Source of the DNA: Haplodiscus bocki
Taxonomy: Eukaryota
NCBI GenBank assembly: GCA_965655095.1
Contig: OZ296652.1
Location: forward strand, 116,622,001 to 116,686,000
Reading direction: 5' to 3'
DNA length: 64,000 nucleotides
Position 1 is the first letter of the stretch. Every line of letters starts with the position of its first letter. Both the position numbers and the translations under genes were made by a program. This document shows, one piece after another, positions 13,601 through 24,865 of this stretch. Under the pieces are notes generated by a model. It had not been told where the DNA came from. It worked only from the letters and a program-made list of their open reading frames with translations, and ran no database searches.

Positions 13601-16600
13601 GACTTACAGGAACGTAGGTAGGTAGGTAGGTAGGTAGGTAGGTAGGTATTTTGAAATGGAGGTCTTTGGTTTGAAAGTACGTTGGTAGGAGTTAAGCGAG
13701 GTATGTAGGTTGCTGGGCAGGTTGCTAGGTAGGTAGGTGGTTAGTAATGTAGGTAGGTGAGAGAATATATAGGCTGATTGGTATGTCGGTTGATAAGTAC
13801 GTAGGTACGTTGGGGTCTGGGTGGAAAGATCGGATTTTTTGGGAAGATAGTATTTTTTCAAGTACGTTGATGGGGAGGTACAAAGGTATGTCATTGGTTA
13901 GGCTGGTAGTTCGGTAGGTTGGTTGGTAGGTAGGTTGGTCTGAAGCTGGCTAAGAAGGTTTTTTGGTGAGCAAGTTGGTTTTTTGTTTTTTTTTGCTGGT
14001 TGCTAGGTAAATTGGTAACTAGGTAGGTCAATTTGTGGGTAGGTAGGTCACTATCTAGGTAGGTAGGTAGGTAGATTGTAGGCTAATTGGAAAGTAGTTT
14101 GCTAGGTAGATTGGTCGGCAGTTAGTTTGGTAGTATGGTAGAAAGTTTGGGTAGTCTGGTAGCTAGGTTTTTAGATAGGTTGGTACGTTTGATTGAAGTT
14201 CTGTGTTTCCATTGATATGTTGGCAGGTCAACTGATTTATTTTTAGGCACTTAGGTGGGTAAGTAGGAAGAATTATAGATCGGTAAGTTGATAGGCTGGT
14301 AAGTAAGTCTGTTCGGAGGAAGTTAGGTGGACAGAGTGGATTGGTAGGTTGATAGGTATGTAGATTTATAAGTAGGTAGGTTTTGTGTTACTAATTAGGT
14401 AGGAAAATAGGTAGATATGTAGATTTAATATTATGTAGGTAGGTTTTTAGGTTTGTTAGTTTTTAGGTTTGAAGGTAGGTAGCCAGGCATATTGGTATGT
14501 AGGAAGGTAGGTAGGCAGGTAGGTTGGTAGGTTTCTAAGTAGGGAGGTAGATTAGTAGGTTTGTAGGTAGTTTGGTTTGTACGTAGTTTGGTAGTATTTA
14601 ACTAGATAGGTAGGTATGTGTATAGGTAGATTTGTAATTAGTCAGGTTTGTTGCTGGTAGATAGGTAGGTAGGTAGGTGCGTCGGCGGGTCTTTAGTTTG
14701 ACAGGTAGGTGTGTTGGTAGTTTGCTGGTTAGATATTATTCGCGTAGGTAGGTTTGTCAGGAGGGTACTTTTTGGTACGAGGTTTGTGTGTCGGTAAGTG
14801 GGTTGAAATGTAGATAGGTACACAGATTCGTAGGTCGATTTTTAGGTTCGTAGGTAGTTCTGTGGGCAGGTCGTCTGGTAGTAGGTAGATAGGCAAGGAG
14901 GTAGGTAGGTATGTATGTATGTAGGTAGGTAGGTAGGTAGTTTGATAGGTGAGTAGTTGGATAGGTAAAACGTTAGGCAGGTAGATATGATGGCAGATTG
15001 CTGTGTTTCTCTATAGACAGGTAGCTCGATAAATAAGTAGGTGGATGGTAGCTAGCTAGGTAGGTAGTTAGGTAGGTAGGTAGGTTGCTAATTAGGTAGG
15101 TCGGTAGGTAAGTTGGTAGGTAAGTTTGTTTTTAGCTTCGTAAGTATAATTTTAGGTAGCCAGGTGGTTTGGTATGTAGGTAGGTTGTTTGACAGTAAAA
15201 TTGTTAGATAGGTAGGAAGGTAGGTAAAGTGGTAGATCGTTAAATAGTTCTGTTGTTAGGTAGCTTGATAAGTAGGTAGGTGAGCAGTTAGGTAGGTAGG
15301 TAGGTGTGTAAGTATTAGGTTGTTAAGTAGGTAGGTACTTAGCTAAATGAATAGGTCGATTGGGAAGTAGGTTGGAAATAAGTGGGGTAGGTGTGTGGGT
15401 AGGTAGGTTAGTAGGTTGATAGGTAGGTAGGAAGGTAGTTAGTTAGTTAGGTAGGTAGGGTGGAAATTTGGTAGGAAGATAAGTAGGTTGGCGGATATGT
15501 AGGTAGGTAAGGTAGGTGAGTAAAAAATAGGCAGATAGGTGGGTAAGCAGGTAAATGGGCTTGGTAGGTTGTCTGGTTTTTTGCGAAGAATTTAGGTAGT
15601 TAGGTAGGCAGTTAGCGATGTACGTAGGTATGTAGGTAAAAAGCTGAAAATGTTGGTAAGAAGGACGGTTGGTAGGTTGGTAAAGAGTTTGTTTTCTAGG
15701 TAGATATTTTGGTAAGTATTTCAATGAGTATTTTGTTAGGAGTTTTTGTCCGTAAGCTAGTAGGAACTTTGTTATGTATGCTGGTTGTCAGGTAAGTTGT
15801 TCGCATAATTTGAAGGCCAAGAGGATGATAGGTAGGTAGATAAGTACGTTGGCAGTTAGCTAGTTAGGTACGTGTTTTGGTAATTGGGTAAGTAGGTAAG
15901 TAGGTTGGTTAGTAGATGGGCTGTTGGTGGTAATTTGGATCGGCCTAAAAAAGATGTAACTAGTAGTCAGGCTGATAAGAATTTACATAGAGATAGATAA
16001 ATTGGTTGGTAGATAACTACTTAAGTAGGTAGTTTGGTATGTAAGTAGGCTTGTAGTAAAGTGATCACCTAGTAGGAAGATAGGTGGTTAAGTAGGTAGG
16101 TAGGTGGATAGGTAGGCAGGTAGGTACGTACGTAGATAGGTATGTATGTAGGTAGGTAGGTAGATATGTAGGTTGGTACCTGGTTAATTAGGTAAGCAGG
16201 TAGTTAGTTTGGTAGGTAGTTAGGCTGGTTTGCTGCCTTAAAGGATGTTAGCGAGTTTGGCTGCTAGGCAGGTTGTTAGGTAAGTAGGTGGGTAGGTAGG
16301 CAGGTAGGTAGGTATGTAGGTAGGTAGGTCGGTAGTTTGTTAGGACGGTATTGTGCTATGTAGGTACTTTGGTAGGTAGATGTGTGGGTTGAAATGTAGT
16401 TTGATAAGTAAGTTGTAGGGAGGTCGGTAGGTAGGTAGGTGGGCTAGTTGGTCGCAAGTTGGTAGGTGGTTAAGTAGGTAGGTAGGTATGTTCAGATGGA
16501 TAGATATGTAGGATCTTAGGTAAGTAGGCAGGTAGGTTGTTTGATAGGTAGATAGAAAGGTTCGTAGCTAATTATGCAAGTAGGTTGTTTGGCAGTATGT

Positions 16601-17747
16601 AAGTAGAAGAGTAGATGAGTAGGTGAGTTAGTAGATAGGTAGTTAGCTAGGTAAGTAGGTGGGATGGCTAGTGGAAAATCAGGTTGATAGCTAGAAATGT
16701 AGGTAGATTGATTGGTAGGTAGTTTGGAAGTTAGGCATATACCTTGAGAGGTAGATAGGCGGTTTTTTAAGCAGAAAAGTAGGCAACCTGCTAGGTGTAT
16801 ATATAGGTTGGTTGATAGGTAGGTAGTTTGATAAACAGGTAGGTAGGTAGTTCGATTGGAATATGTGTAGAGTGGTAGGTATTGGGTAGTTTGGTAGCAG
16901 GTGAGTAGATATGTAGGTTTTTAAGTAAGTTGGTTCGAGCGGAGGTAGGTGATTAGATTTGTAGATTGATAGGTAAATAAGTAGTTTGCTAGGAAAGTGG
17001 GTAGGTTCGTATATCGGTGGGTAGCAGGGTAGTTTTGTAGATAGTGAGGTAGATATATAGGTTCTTGGGTGGGTTCGTTGGTAGTTTTTCAGGTAGATGA
17101 ATAGGTCAGTAGGTTGGTAGGTAGGTAAGTAGGTAAGTAGGTAGCTACGTAGGTATTAAGTAGGTAGTTTCGTTGGTAGTTAAGTAGTAAGTAGATAGGT
17201 CAAAAAGTGTGTAGGTAGTTAAGTAGGCACTTTGGTAAGTAATTATTTATGTTTGGGGTGATAGGTATGCAGATTTATAGGTGTGTAGGTAGGTAGTTTA
17301 ATAGTTAGATAGGTAGGTTCGTAGTTAGTTATGTACGTAGGTTGTGGCAGAAGGTATTTAGGTAGTCGGGTATGTAGGTAGGCAGTTATTCGGGCTTGAA
17401 ATTAGGTGAGTTGGTAGATAGATTAGTAGATAATTTTGTAGGTACGTTGGTACGTAGGTTCGTGGGTAGGTTTTTAGGTTTACTGCTTTGAAGCTAGTTA
17501 GGTAGGTAGGAAGGTAGGTAGTCAGGTAGTTAGGTAGGTAGGTAGCTTGGTAGTAGGTAGGTTTAAAGGAAGGTTATTATGATGGTAGTTTTGTAGGTAA
17601 GTAAATGGTCTGGTTGGTAAGTAAATGAGAAGCAGGTTGGTAGGTAGGTGGGCACGTGGGTAGGTAGGTAGATAGGTAGGTAGGTATGTAGGTAGGTGGG
17701 TAGGTTGGTAACTGTAAAGGTTGTTTGGTACGTAAAAATGTAGGTAC
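1695..17747 (+). repeat. Degenerate (TAGG)n/(CCTA)n tetranucleotide satellite, ~16 kb
   Basis: Continuous TAGG-derived sequence (variants TAGG, TAAG, TTGG, TATG, TACG, TAGA) with pure runs such as ~5617-5668. The + strand is G/T-rich and C-poor. The minus-strand 'LPTY' ORFs are translations of (CCTA)n. Confidence 0.98.

Positions 17748-17795
<48 letters not shown>
17748..17795 (+). repeat. Perfect (TAG)16 microsatellite ending the TAGG array
   Basis: Uninterrupted tagtagtag... read directly; it gives the poly-Leu run in ORF 17577..17849. Confidence 0.97.
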
Positions 17796-17796
<1 letters not shown>

Positions 17797-19009
17797 TGTG
17801 CTAGTAGTATCTGGAAAATAATTTGATCAACGCATTTGAGTGATTTCATTGAGCCTCAAAAATTTCACGAAGTGATGGATTCTGCTTATAAACTTTTTTA
17901 AAAGTACGAGGTCGTGTTACATTTTACTTCATTCGCCTTTCTTCAGGTAAAGTTTTGTTCCCTTTCCACGATTGGGTTTTATATTCCATTAGATCTCCTT
18001 CCTGCATCTCATTTTAGATCTCTATTTCCACGAGATAAACTACAAAGCCAAATAACGATAAGTGTTGACCTCTATAATCTTCAAAACACCAAAGATGACT
18101 GAAGTGACAGGTAAAAAATCTCCAATTTAGCAAGGATCGGCTCTGACAAATTATTTGATCAGCAATGACAGTGTACGGTACAGAAGGTAAACCCCGACAT
18201 ATAGTTAAGAATTTTGCAGATAACTTGAGAGACATACTCTTTAGCAAAGATCTTGTTTCAATTCCGAATTGACCGTAGAGTACTTCAAGGAAATTGTCTC
18301 GCATTTCATTATATCTAACGGAAATACGATTGTTTCTTGCTCAGTTTTGACAACCGGCAATAAAAATCATTTTCTCATGGGTTTCGGAGATCGTTTCAAA
18401 AAATATCAATACTTACGATGTGGCTGGTTGAAGAGGGAATCCTGTCGCAATTTATCTGAACGAGCATTTAATGATGATTTTTCCTGTTTTCCGGAGCAAT
18501 CGATGTAGCTGAAAGTGCAATACGAAGAACTAATAAAAAAATTTTACCTCCACTTGCTGACCTTTTTTGATTAATGTTTAATATAGTGTACCGTTACTGA
18601 CAGTGTAAGGAGGCTCTGCAGCTTGCAGCCCATACTTGATCACGGGCTTCTTATTTTTCTTCCTCACATTTAATGGCTTCAGTACGCACGGTCCTTCTAA
18701 AACTACGTTTTTTCCCAAATATTGTTTCTTAGTACCGGAAAACTTCGCTGGGGACCTTTTTTGTTAACTTGTATAATTTGGGATCGGTTACGAGAGCCAT
18801 TACTGGAAATCCAACCTTCCAAGAAATTCAATTCGGTAACAGCACCCAGAAGAAAACTGCAAATGTTAGAGTTTTCTCAAATAAACCTATTCTGACTGTC
18901 AAAAAATTACTGATCATTTCAGATTTGAGTTATGAAAATGGTATATCTACTATTTTGACCGAAAGGGAAACTTTCCTAATTTTTAGTTCAAAAGTAAGTG
19001 AGCAAGAGC

Positions 19010-21235
19010 AATGAGAGGACAACGTTTCTAACGATCCATTCCCTTCGGAAGGAATTATCAATCCACTGTGTATTTGCCGTCGAACATTCGAAAGCCAATT
19101 AAAGAGCCAGACGGAACAACGGACACAGTAAACTGAGCCGAAATCAAATGTCTTGTCCGCAGAGAAAACGATAAACACAGAGGCAACAACTGGATGCAAT
19201 TTGTAGAAGACAACCTCAGACTTACCTCTAGTAAAAAACGGAGTGCAATTGGAGCTAACAGTGGAAAGAATGTCCTACCCAAAAACACTGCGGTATTCTT
19301 TGACGGAAAAGCGATCACAGACCCTAAGAGAGCCGCAAACAACCTAAGTGGCTTCATGGTAAATAGTTGCAAGCTTCACACAACAAAACTGACAACAATT
19401 ACCAAAGGACAAACTGCCCACTTCAGGAAAACCGAGGACGACGAGACAGATTGCATCTGTGAGAAACAGGTAGAAGAAGCAATAAAAATAATGTCAAACT
19501 CCCGTGCTATCAAGCTAAATGGACTCTCCAGTTTTCATCTGAAACGTTTTGGAAAGGCTGCAGGCTGCTTTGTTGCATGGCTCAAAAGCCAATCTATCGA
19601 AACAGCATGAATCCTGGCAGTGTGGAAAACAAGTAAAGTAATCGCGTTTTCCAAACCAAACAGGAAACTTGAACTTCCTGAGAGCTACCGACCGTTGATT
19701 TTAATATCTCCCATCGCACGACTTGCTGAACAAAAAATATCCTCCCGAACATCCAAAAATCCCCTAGCCTACCCAACACGGTTTTAAGAAAGGAAGATCT
19801 ACAATCACAGCAATCACGAGGATGACTGAAGATATCATTACTGACCTTAAATCCAAACGGCGACACAAAAAAAACAATTGCTGTTGCGCTGTAAAACGCG
19901 CCTTTGATACCGTGAAAGTAGACCAGCTTCTCAACTGAATATTACATCGATGCTCCATCCACAGTTAATAATATGGCTAGCCAATTATCTCAGAGGAAGA
20001 AAACAATGAGTGTTTTTCCATTGAGCGTTCTCTGCAGCAGCCAATCTCAAAACTGGCCTTCTCCAAGGCAGTGTTCTATCACCAACGCTGTTCTCATGAT
20101 ACATGCAAGATATCCCAAAGCCACGGAAATTGTGAATTCTACGATCTATGCGGATGACGTCCCCATCTGAATGGATCAAAATTAACATAATGCAGCCAAA
20201 CGCATCAATTAGTACCTTGACACTCTCGCGCTTTATCTGGAACAAATGCTGCTCTTCGTTTCTATCTCGATTTGTACCGCGATGCTATTCAAACAATGGA
20301 CAAAAAAGTGGAATAACAAACATCATATCAAAATAGACAACAAGGTGAGTCCCACCGTCAACACTATGAAATTACACAGGGAATCACGTTGGACCGCTCT
20401 TTGAAGTTTGGCGAAAATACGCGTATTTCAACGATACGGCAAGGAAACGGAATATTGTTCTTAGTGTTGTGATCAACCGGAAACGAACGTTGAAATAGAG
20501 AAACCACCACATTCTACATGGCACTAACTCGTTCGTCATTCAATTATTCAATTACGGAGGAGATGTCAGGGCACCAAACTTGGCCTCCTCACATTGGAAG
20601 TCACTGGAAACCAGAGAGAACGATGCTCTGCGAATTGCCACAGAATGTCCCAAAATGATTAATACTGACGATTTCCGACAAGATTGTCAGTGCCTGCCAT
20701 TAGAAGTCAACTGCAAAATGGAAGCCGCGCAGTTCTCAGCAGATGCTTTTAAATCAACCCACCCATGCCATTACACAAAACACAGAAGCAGCCTAAAGTT
20801 GGAAACACGCTTTCTTCACGTCTAGAGAAGACTGAAGAAGAACTCAAGTTGAACCCGGATGAAACAACCAAAAATGAGATACACAAAAAAGTCGTCAAGA
20901 AAACAGTATCGGGATATTCGCACAACAAAATCCACGGAGCACCACAACCACCTTCGGAAGTCAGGGTTGATGAGAAATCCAAGGACTGTCACGGGAAGAG
21001 GAGGTGCTGATCTGCCAACTCGGAATAGGCTGCTGCCCAAAACTGAACGACTTCAGGAATCGCATCAACGCAAACATGAAAAAAATACAAAAAATGTGGG
21101 AAGGGGACAAAAGACGTCAACCATATTCTACGTTGCCACACCGACAGTTTGAAAACTACCGATCTATGGGAAAAACCGCAAAAGTCCATTGCAGGAACAT
21201 GTCATCTTTGAAGAGGTCTTTACAACAACAACAAC
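19010..21235 (+). mobile_element. 5'-truncated, degenerate non-LTR (LINE) retrotransposon: reverse transcriptase, C-terminal Cys/His region and (ACA)n tail
   Basis: Across shifting frames: WKTSKVIAFSKP..ESYRPLILISP (~19623-19710), QHGFKKGRST, KRAFDTV, WLANYLRGR, GLLQGSVLSPTLF, IYADDV (~20145-20162), GITLDRSLKF, NDALRIATEC, CQLGIGCCPKLN..RI..KCG..HILRC, then the tail acaacaacaacaac at 21222-21235. Many stops and frameshifts; no endonuclease domain seen. Clade not assigned. Confidence 0.92.
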
Positions 21236-22118
21236 GCTTTCTTAACGCTTGTCATGTTACTGCTGTCCTCATTCCGAATGGTTGACGAAATACGCTTCTT
21301 TGTTTGTAAAGTGTTTTTTTGTCAACAAGAGTAGCCATGTGACATTGTGGAATGATTTCAACAACATTTTAAAAACGTTTAACCATAAAAAGGCCTTTAA
21401 CCCTTCCAGTAAAACCATTTTGTGGATTTCATTATTGTTACCAATCGAAAAATCAATTTGGACACTCAAGTGCTCAAAAAATATAATCAATAGATGGACG
21501 GCACTTCCGATGATGCGTTGAAATTTAAGCGGAAAACATTTTAAGTGACATATAAAACAACCATCATTTCAAGCAAACGACTTTGCAAATTGCCAATAAT
21601 TTAATCAAGCGGCAGCTTCCTGTTGAATTGGTTAAAAACTGATGGATATAACCGAAATCGTTTTACCAAATAGTTAAACCAGTAATAAAACCAGGTGTTA
21701 AATTACGCAACACTTAAGATTAGATCTCAGACGCCTGGCTATCGCGGGGATATTTTTCTAACTTCAAAAGAAACCTCAAATTTTGTTGGAAAAGGCAATA
21801 TTTTTACCAGTTTAGGCAAACTTGCTCTAATTTAGTGGTGAATAATTGCAAACTTGCACCATTTTGCCAGAATCGTGCAATTGGCAAGTTTTCGTTAAAA
21901 ACGTACGCGGCGAGTGTAAGAGTTTTCTTGCATTTTGAAATATGAGCGAAAGATAAACAAGACGACCGGCTAGCACCGGCAAGTTTTTCGACCAACTACA
22001 AATACTTTGATCAATTTTTACAAACAGTTAAAAACGAGACTACTGTTTTGAATTTAGTTTTCAAAGGCTTTCTACAAACATCAATTCCACCACTGATTTT
22101 CATATTTTATGCAAAAAG

Positions 22119-22820
22119 AGGGGGCATCACGATTTTCCGTTGAAACTGTTTTGTCTCACAGTGCCGAAAAAATATGTAGGGGCACCTTTCTGTGTTTCAG
22201 AAAAATTTTGGTAACGAAAAATGTTAAGCATAAGAGAGAGGCAGGTGTCACGATTTTCCGTTGAAACTGTTTTGTCTCACAGTGCCGAAAAAATATGTAG
22301 GGGCACCTTTCTGTGTTTCAGAAAAATTTTGGAAACGAAAAATGTTAAGCATAAGAGAGGGGTAGGTATAACGATTTTCCGTCGAAATTGTTTTGTGTCA
22401 CGGTACCGAAACGAAACATTTTGTGGAGGAACCCTTCTGTGCTGTGTTTCAGAAAACTTCCGGTAGCGAAAAAGTTTANNNNNNNNNNNNNNNNNNNNNN
22501 NNNNNNNNNNNNNNNNNNNNNNNNNNNNNNNNNNNNNNNNNNNNNNNNNNNNNNNNNNNNNNNNNNNNNNNNNNNNNNNNNNNNNNNNNNNNNNNNNNNN
22601 NNNNNNNNNNNNNNNNNNNNNNNNNNNNNNNNNNNNNNNNNNNNNNNNNNNNNNNNNNNNNNNNNNNNNNNNNNNNNNNNNNNNNNNNNNNNNNNNNNNN
22701 NNNNNNNNNNNNNNNNNNNNNCCGAAAAATTTCGTAGGGGAACCCTTCCTGGTTTCAGAAAAATTCTGGTATCGAATCTTTTCTTGCATAAGAGGAGGGC
22801 TGTATCATTATTTTCCGTCG
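22119..22820. repeat. ~121-bp tandem repeat spanning an assembly gap
   Basis: The anchor 'acgattttccgt' recurs at 22129, 22250 and 22371 (period 121). Copies 1 and 2 are near-identical and copy 3 is diverged. The same unit (ccgaaaaatttcgtaggggaaccctt..gtttcagaaaa) resumes after the gap. Confidence 0.92.
22479..22721. other. Assembly gap (243 N)
   Basis: Run of N bases. Confidence 1.
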
Positions 22821-22847
22821 TAATAATTAAGTTGAAAAATGTAAGTA

Positions 22848-22917
22848 AAGACTAAGATTCGAACCCGTACCTGCCGTTTCAGAACCCTGTTGGCCTACCC
22901 ACTAAGCCATGGCAACC
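22848..22917 (-). pseudogene. tRNA-derived relic or SINE head, tRNA-Gln(CTG)-like
   Basis: Minus strand reads GGTTGCCATGGCTTAGTGGGTAGGCCAACAGGGTTCTGAAACGGCAGGTACGGGTTCGAATC: A box TGGCTTAGTGG, B box GGTTCGAATC, anticodon-loop-like TTCTGAA, and a 5' end like animal tRNA-Gln (GGTTCCATGG). The 3' acceptor strand does not pair. Confidence 0.65.
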
Positions 22918-24469
22918 ACTGGAGTGGAGTTTCTGACAAATGTCAGTGAAATCATAAAAACTTTTTGGCACGACAGAGACTAAAACCCGGTCCTACTGCT
23001 TGTTGTAACCCCACTGCTGTCATTTATTTTTGATTAAAAAGATTTGGCAATTTTGGACGGAAAAAAACGATCCTACTGAATGAATGAGTTTTCTTGTATA
23101 TTACATATGCGGCGAAAAATGAAAAACGCTTCACCTGAATTCAGAAAAATTTCATTAATTGATTGCAAAATTTCGAAAGTAATAATTAGGTTTGGAATAA
23201 AGTATCTTTAATTATAGTTTGACTTCAGGGCGTTGTAGTGGTGGGCATCTTCTCGTTCTGTGCATCCAACTCTTTAACTTCATCAAAATTCAAGTTCATA
23301 TTTTTCTCTAGGGCAGCCATTATGGTGGAGCTTCCTCCAGATAGAGTGCCTTAAACAGAATTACACATTCAAAATGCTGAAATAAAAGTAAACTTGAAAT
23401 TAATGATCTGAAAGTTCAAGCCAGAACGTTTGATCTAGTAATATGTTACAAAATCTTATTGTTTCAAATCAAAACGTTTTTCAACCGTACGTCTCACAAT
23501 TTCCTTTAGTTGATTTCTGTTGTGGGAACATCTGTCACGGATTAGAGGCTCCTTCTGAATTTTAGGGTGCTTATTCTCGAATCTGAAGCGCAAAGCTCTT
23601 GGCGCCTATGTTCTTGGGGCTTCTAGTCAAGCGAGAATGCCCTATTGCTGGCATTGCTTTTTTCGCAGATTTCGTGACATCGATTTTCAAAGCGTTGTTA
23701 GTGGAAGGCTACATTTTTTTCGTTAGAGTTCGGTTACGTTTTTGTTGGAATTTGTTTTGGGTTATTAATTTGAGTGTCAAGAGACGTTTGCCTCTCAAGT
23801 GGTGTTTTCGCGTCCAGTACTTCTTTGTAGTGCCTCGAAATCTTTGACTACCATGGCCAATGCGATTTAGTGTTTACATACTTCTCCATGCTAACTTTTT
23901 CCATGGCAAAAATATTCCGGTAGCGCAAAATTAGCGCAAAAATTTAAATTTTATCGCAGAATTTTTTCATGATTTTTGTGTTTGTCCCCGTTTTTTCCAC
24001 TTTTCCTCGCTTACCGCTTCTTAGGCGATTTGGGCTTACCCAGCACCCATTCAGGGCTTCATGAAACTTTTCTTCTTAGCTTTCGTTGATTTTTTGGAGG
24101 ATTGAATTGGCTCTTCATTGAAAACTTCATCAATTTTTTGTAAATTTTGGAATTATTGCCACAAACGTACTCATCGGCGTTTCGGTGACCTGGAAAAGTG
24201 CAGCGAGGTACGATGTCTGATGTACTAGCTGGTCATGAAAAATTTCTTTGGTTTTTTTGGGTGAAAAGCCGAAACTTTCATCAGCTTAATGGTACTTCCT
24301 CAACTCTAGCTCGTTAGATCAGTACTTCATTGTATACCTTCCGAATCAGGTTCACTCGTTTTCTGCTTTCGTCCTCTGGATCAACCAAAACTGAAAAAAA
24401 ATGACTGCCAAAATTTTGCTCGGAATCCATGTTTTAGTCGAGTGTTCGAGTTTTTTCAAAACTTGGCTG

Positions 24470-24865
24470 TAATGAGTCTCTTCCTGCTCTGAATCGTTCA
24501 GAATACTAGAGTGGTAGGTAGAGAACACCACTTCTGGACAGGGATCGCCTAGGGAACGATCCCCAGTGGGTTCCCGGTTTGCTGAGTCGTTGTTCCTGAA
24601 TGTTGCCGGAATAGCTATGGAACAAGTCCAAAATTGTGGGTTCAGAAGGAATTCATCGAGCTTAGACAAAGCACCCAAAATGCCTGACTACGTCCGGCTG
24701 ATTTTTTTGCAAAGTTTTTTAGTGACCCTCCCTTCAATCTCTTCAGAAACCTGGGAGATGTACTCTTGAGCCATTCCTGGATCAAGTGTGTTTTGCGACT
24801 GACTGTTCCTTGTATTTTCTCTCCCAAACTGCCGCTATTTTTCTCTTATTCCTCAAAGTTGCCAT
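24470..24865 (-). mobile_element. Degenerate ORF fragment, probably the N-terminus of a Ty3/Gypsy-type gag
   Basis: ATG at 24865 gives MATLRNKRKIAAV, a frameshift, then ENTRNSQSQNTLDPGMAQEYISQVSEEIEGRVTKKLCKKISRT*SGILGALSKLDEFLLNPQ...EETHY. It is clearly coding-derived with a coiled-coil-like stretch. The gag call rests on my recollection of this repeat family; no capsid or pol region follows. 24870-26070 may be its leader/LTR, but no LTR pair was seen. Confidence 0.55.

Noticed and set aside
1695-17795. True telomere
   Set aside because: The unit is TAGG rather than TTAGG or TTAGGG, it is heavily degenerate, and unique DNA flanks both sides.
17748-17810. (AGT)n as a Polinton 5'-AGTAGT terminus
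   Set aside because: No Polinton sequence follows to the right, the orientation is wrong for an element on the left, and no matching ACTACT end or TSD was found.
1813-17849. Many 'LPTYLPTY' ORFs and a poly-Leu ORF on the minus strand
   Set aside because: Direct translations of (CCTA)n and (CTA)n; no domain content, and frames break at random.
22277-22855. ORFs containing long X runs
   Set aside because: Artefacts of translating through the N gap and the 121-bp repeat.
22848-22917. Functional tRNA gene (also considered for 58982-59054)
   Set aside because: Acceptor and anticodon stems do not pair properly; kept only as tRNA-derived relics.
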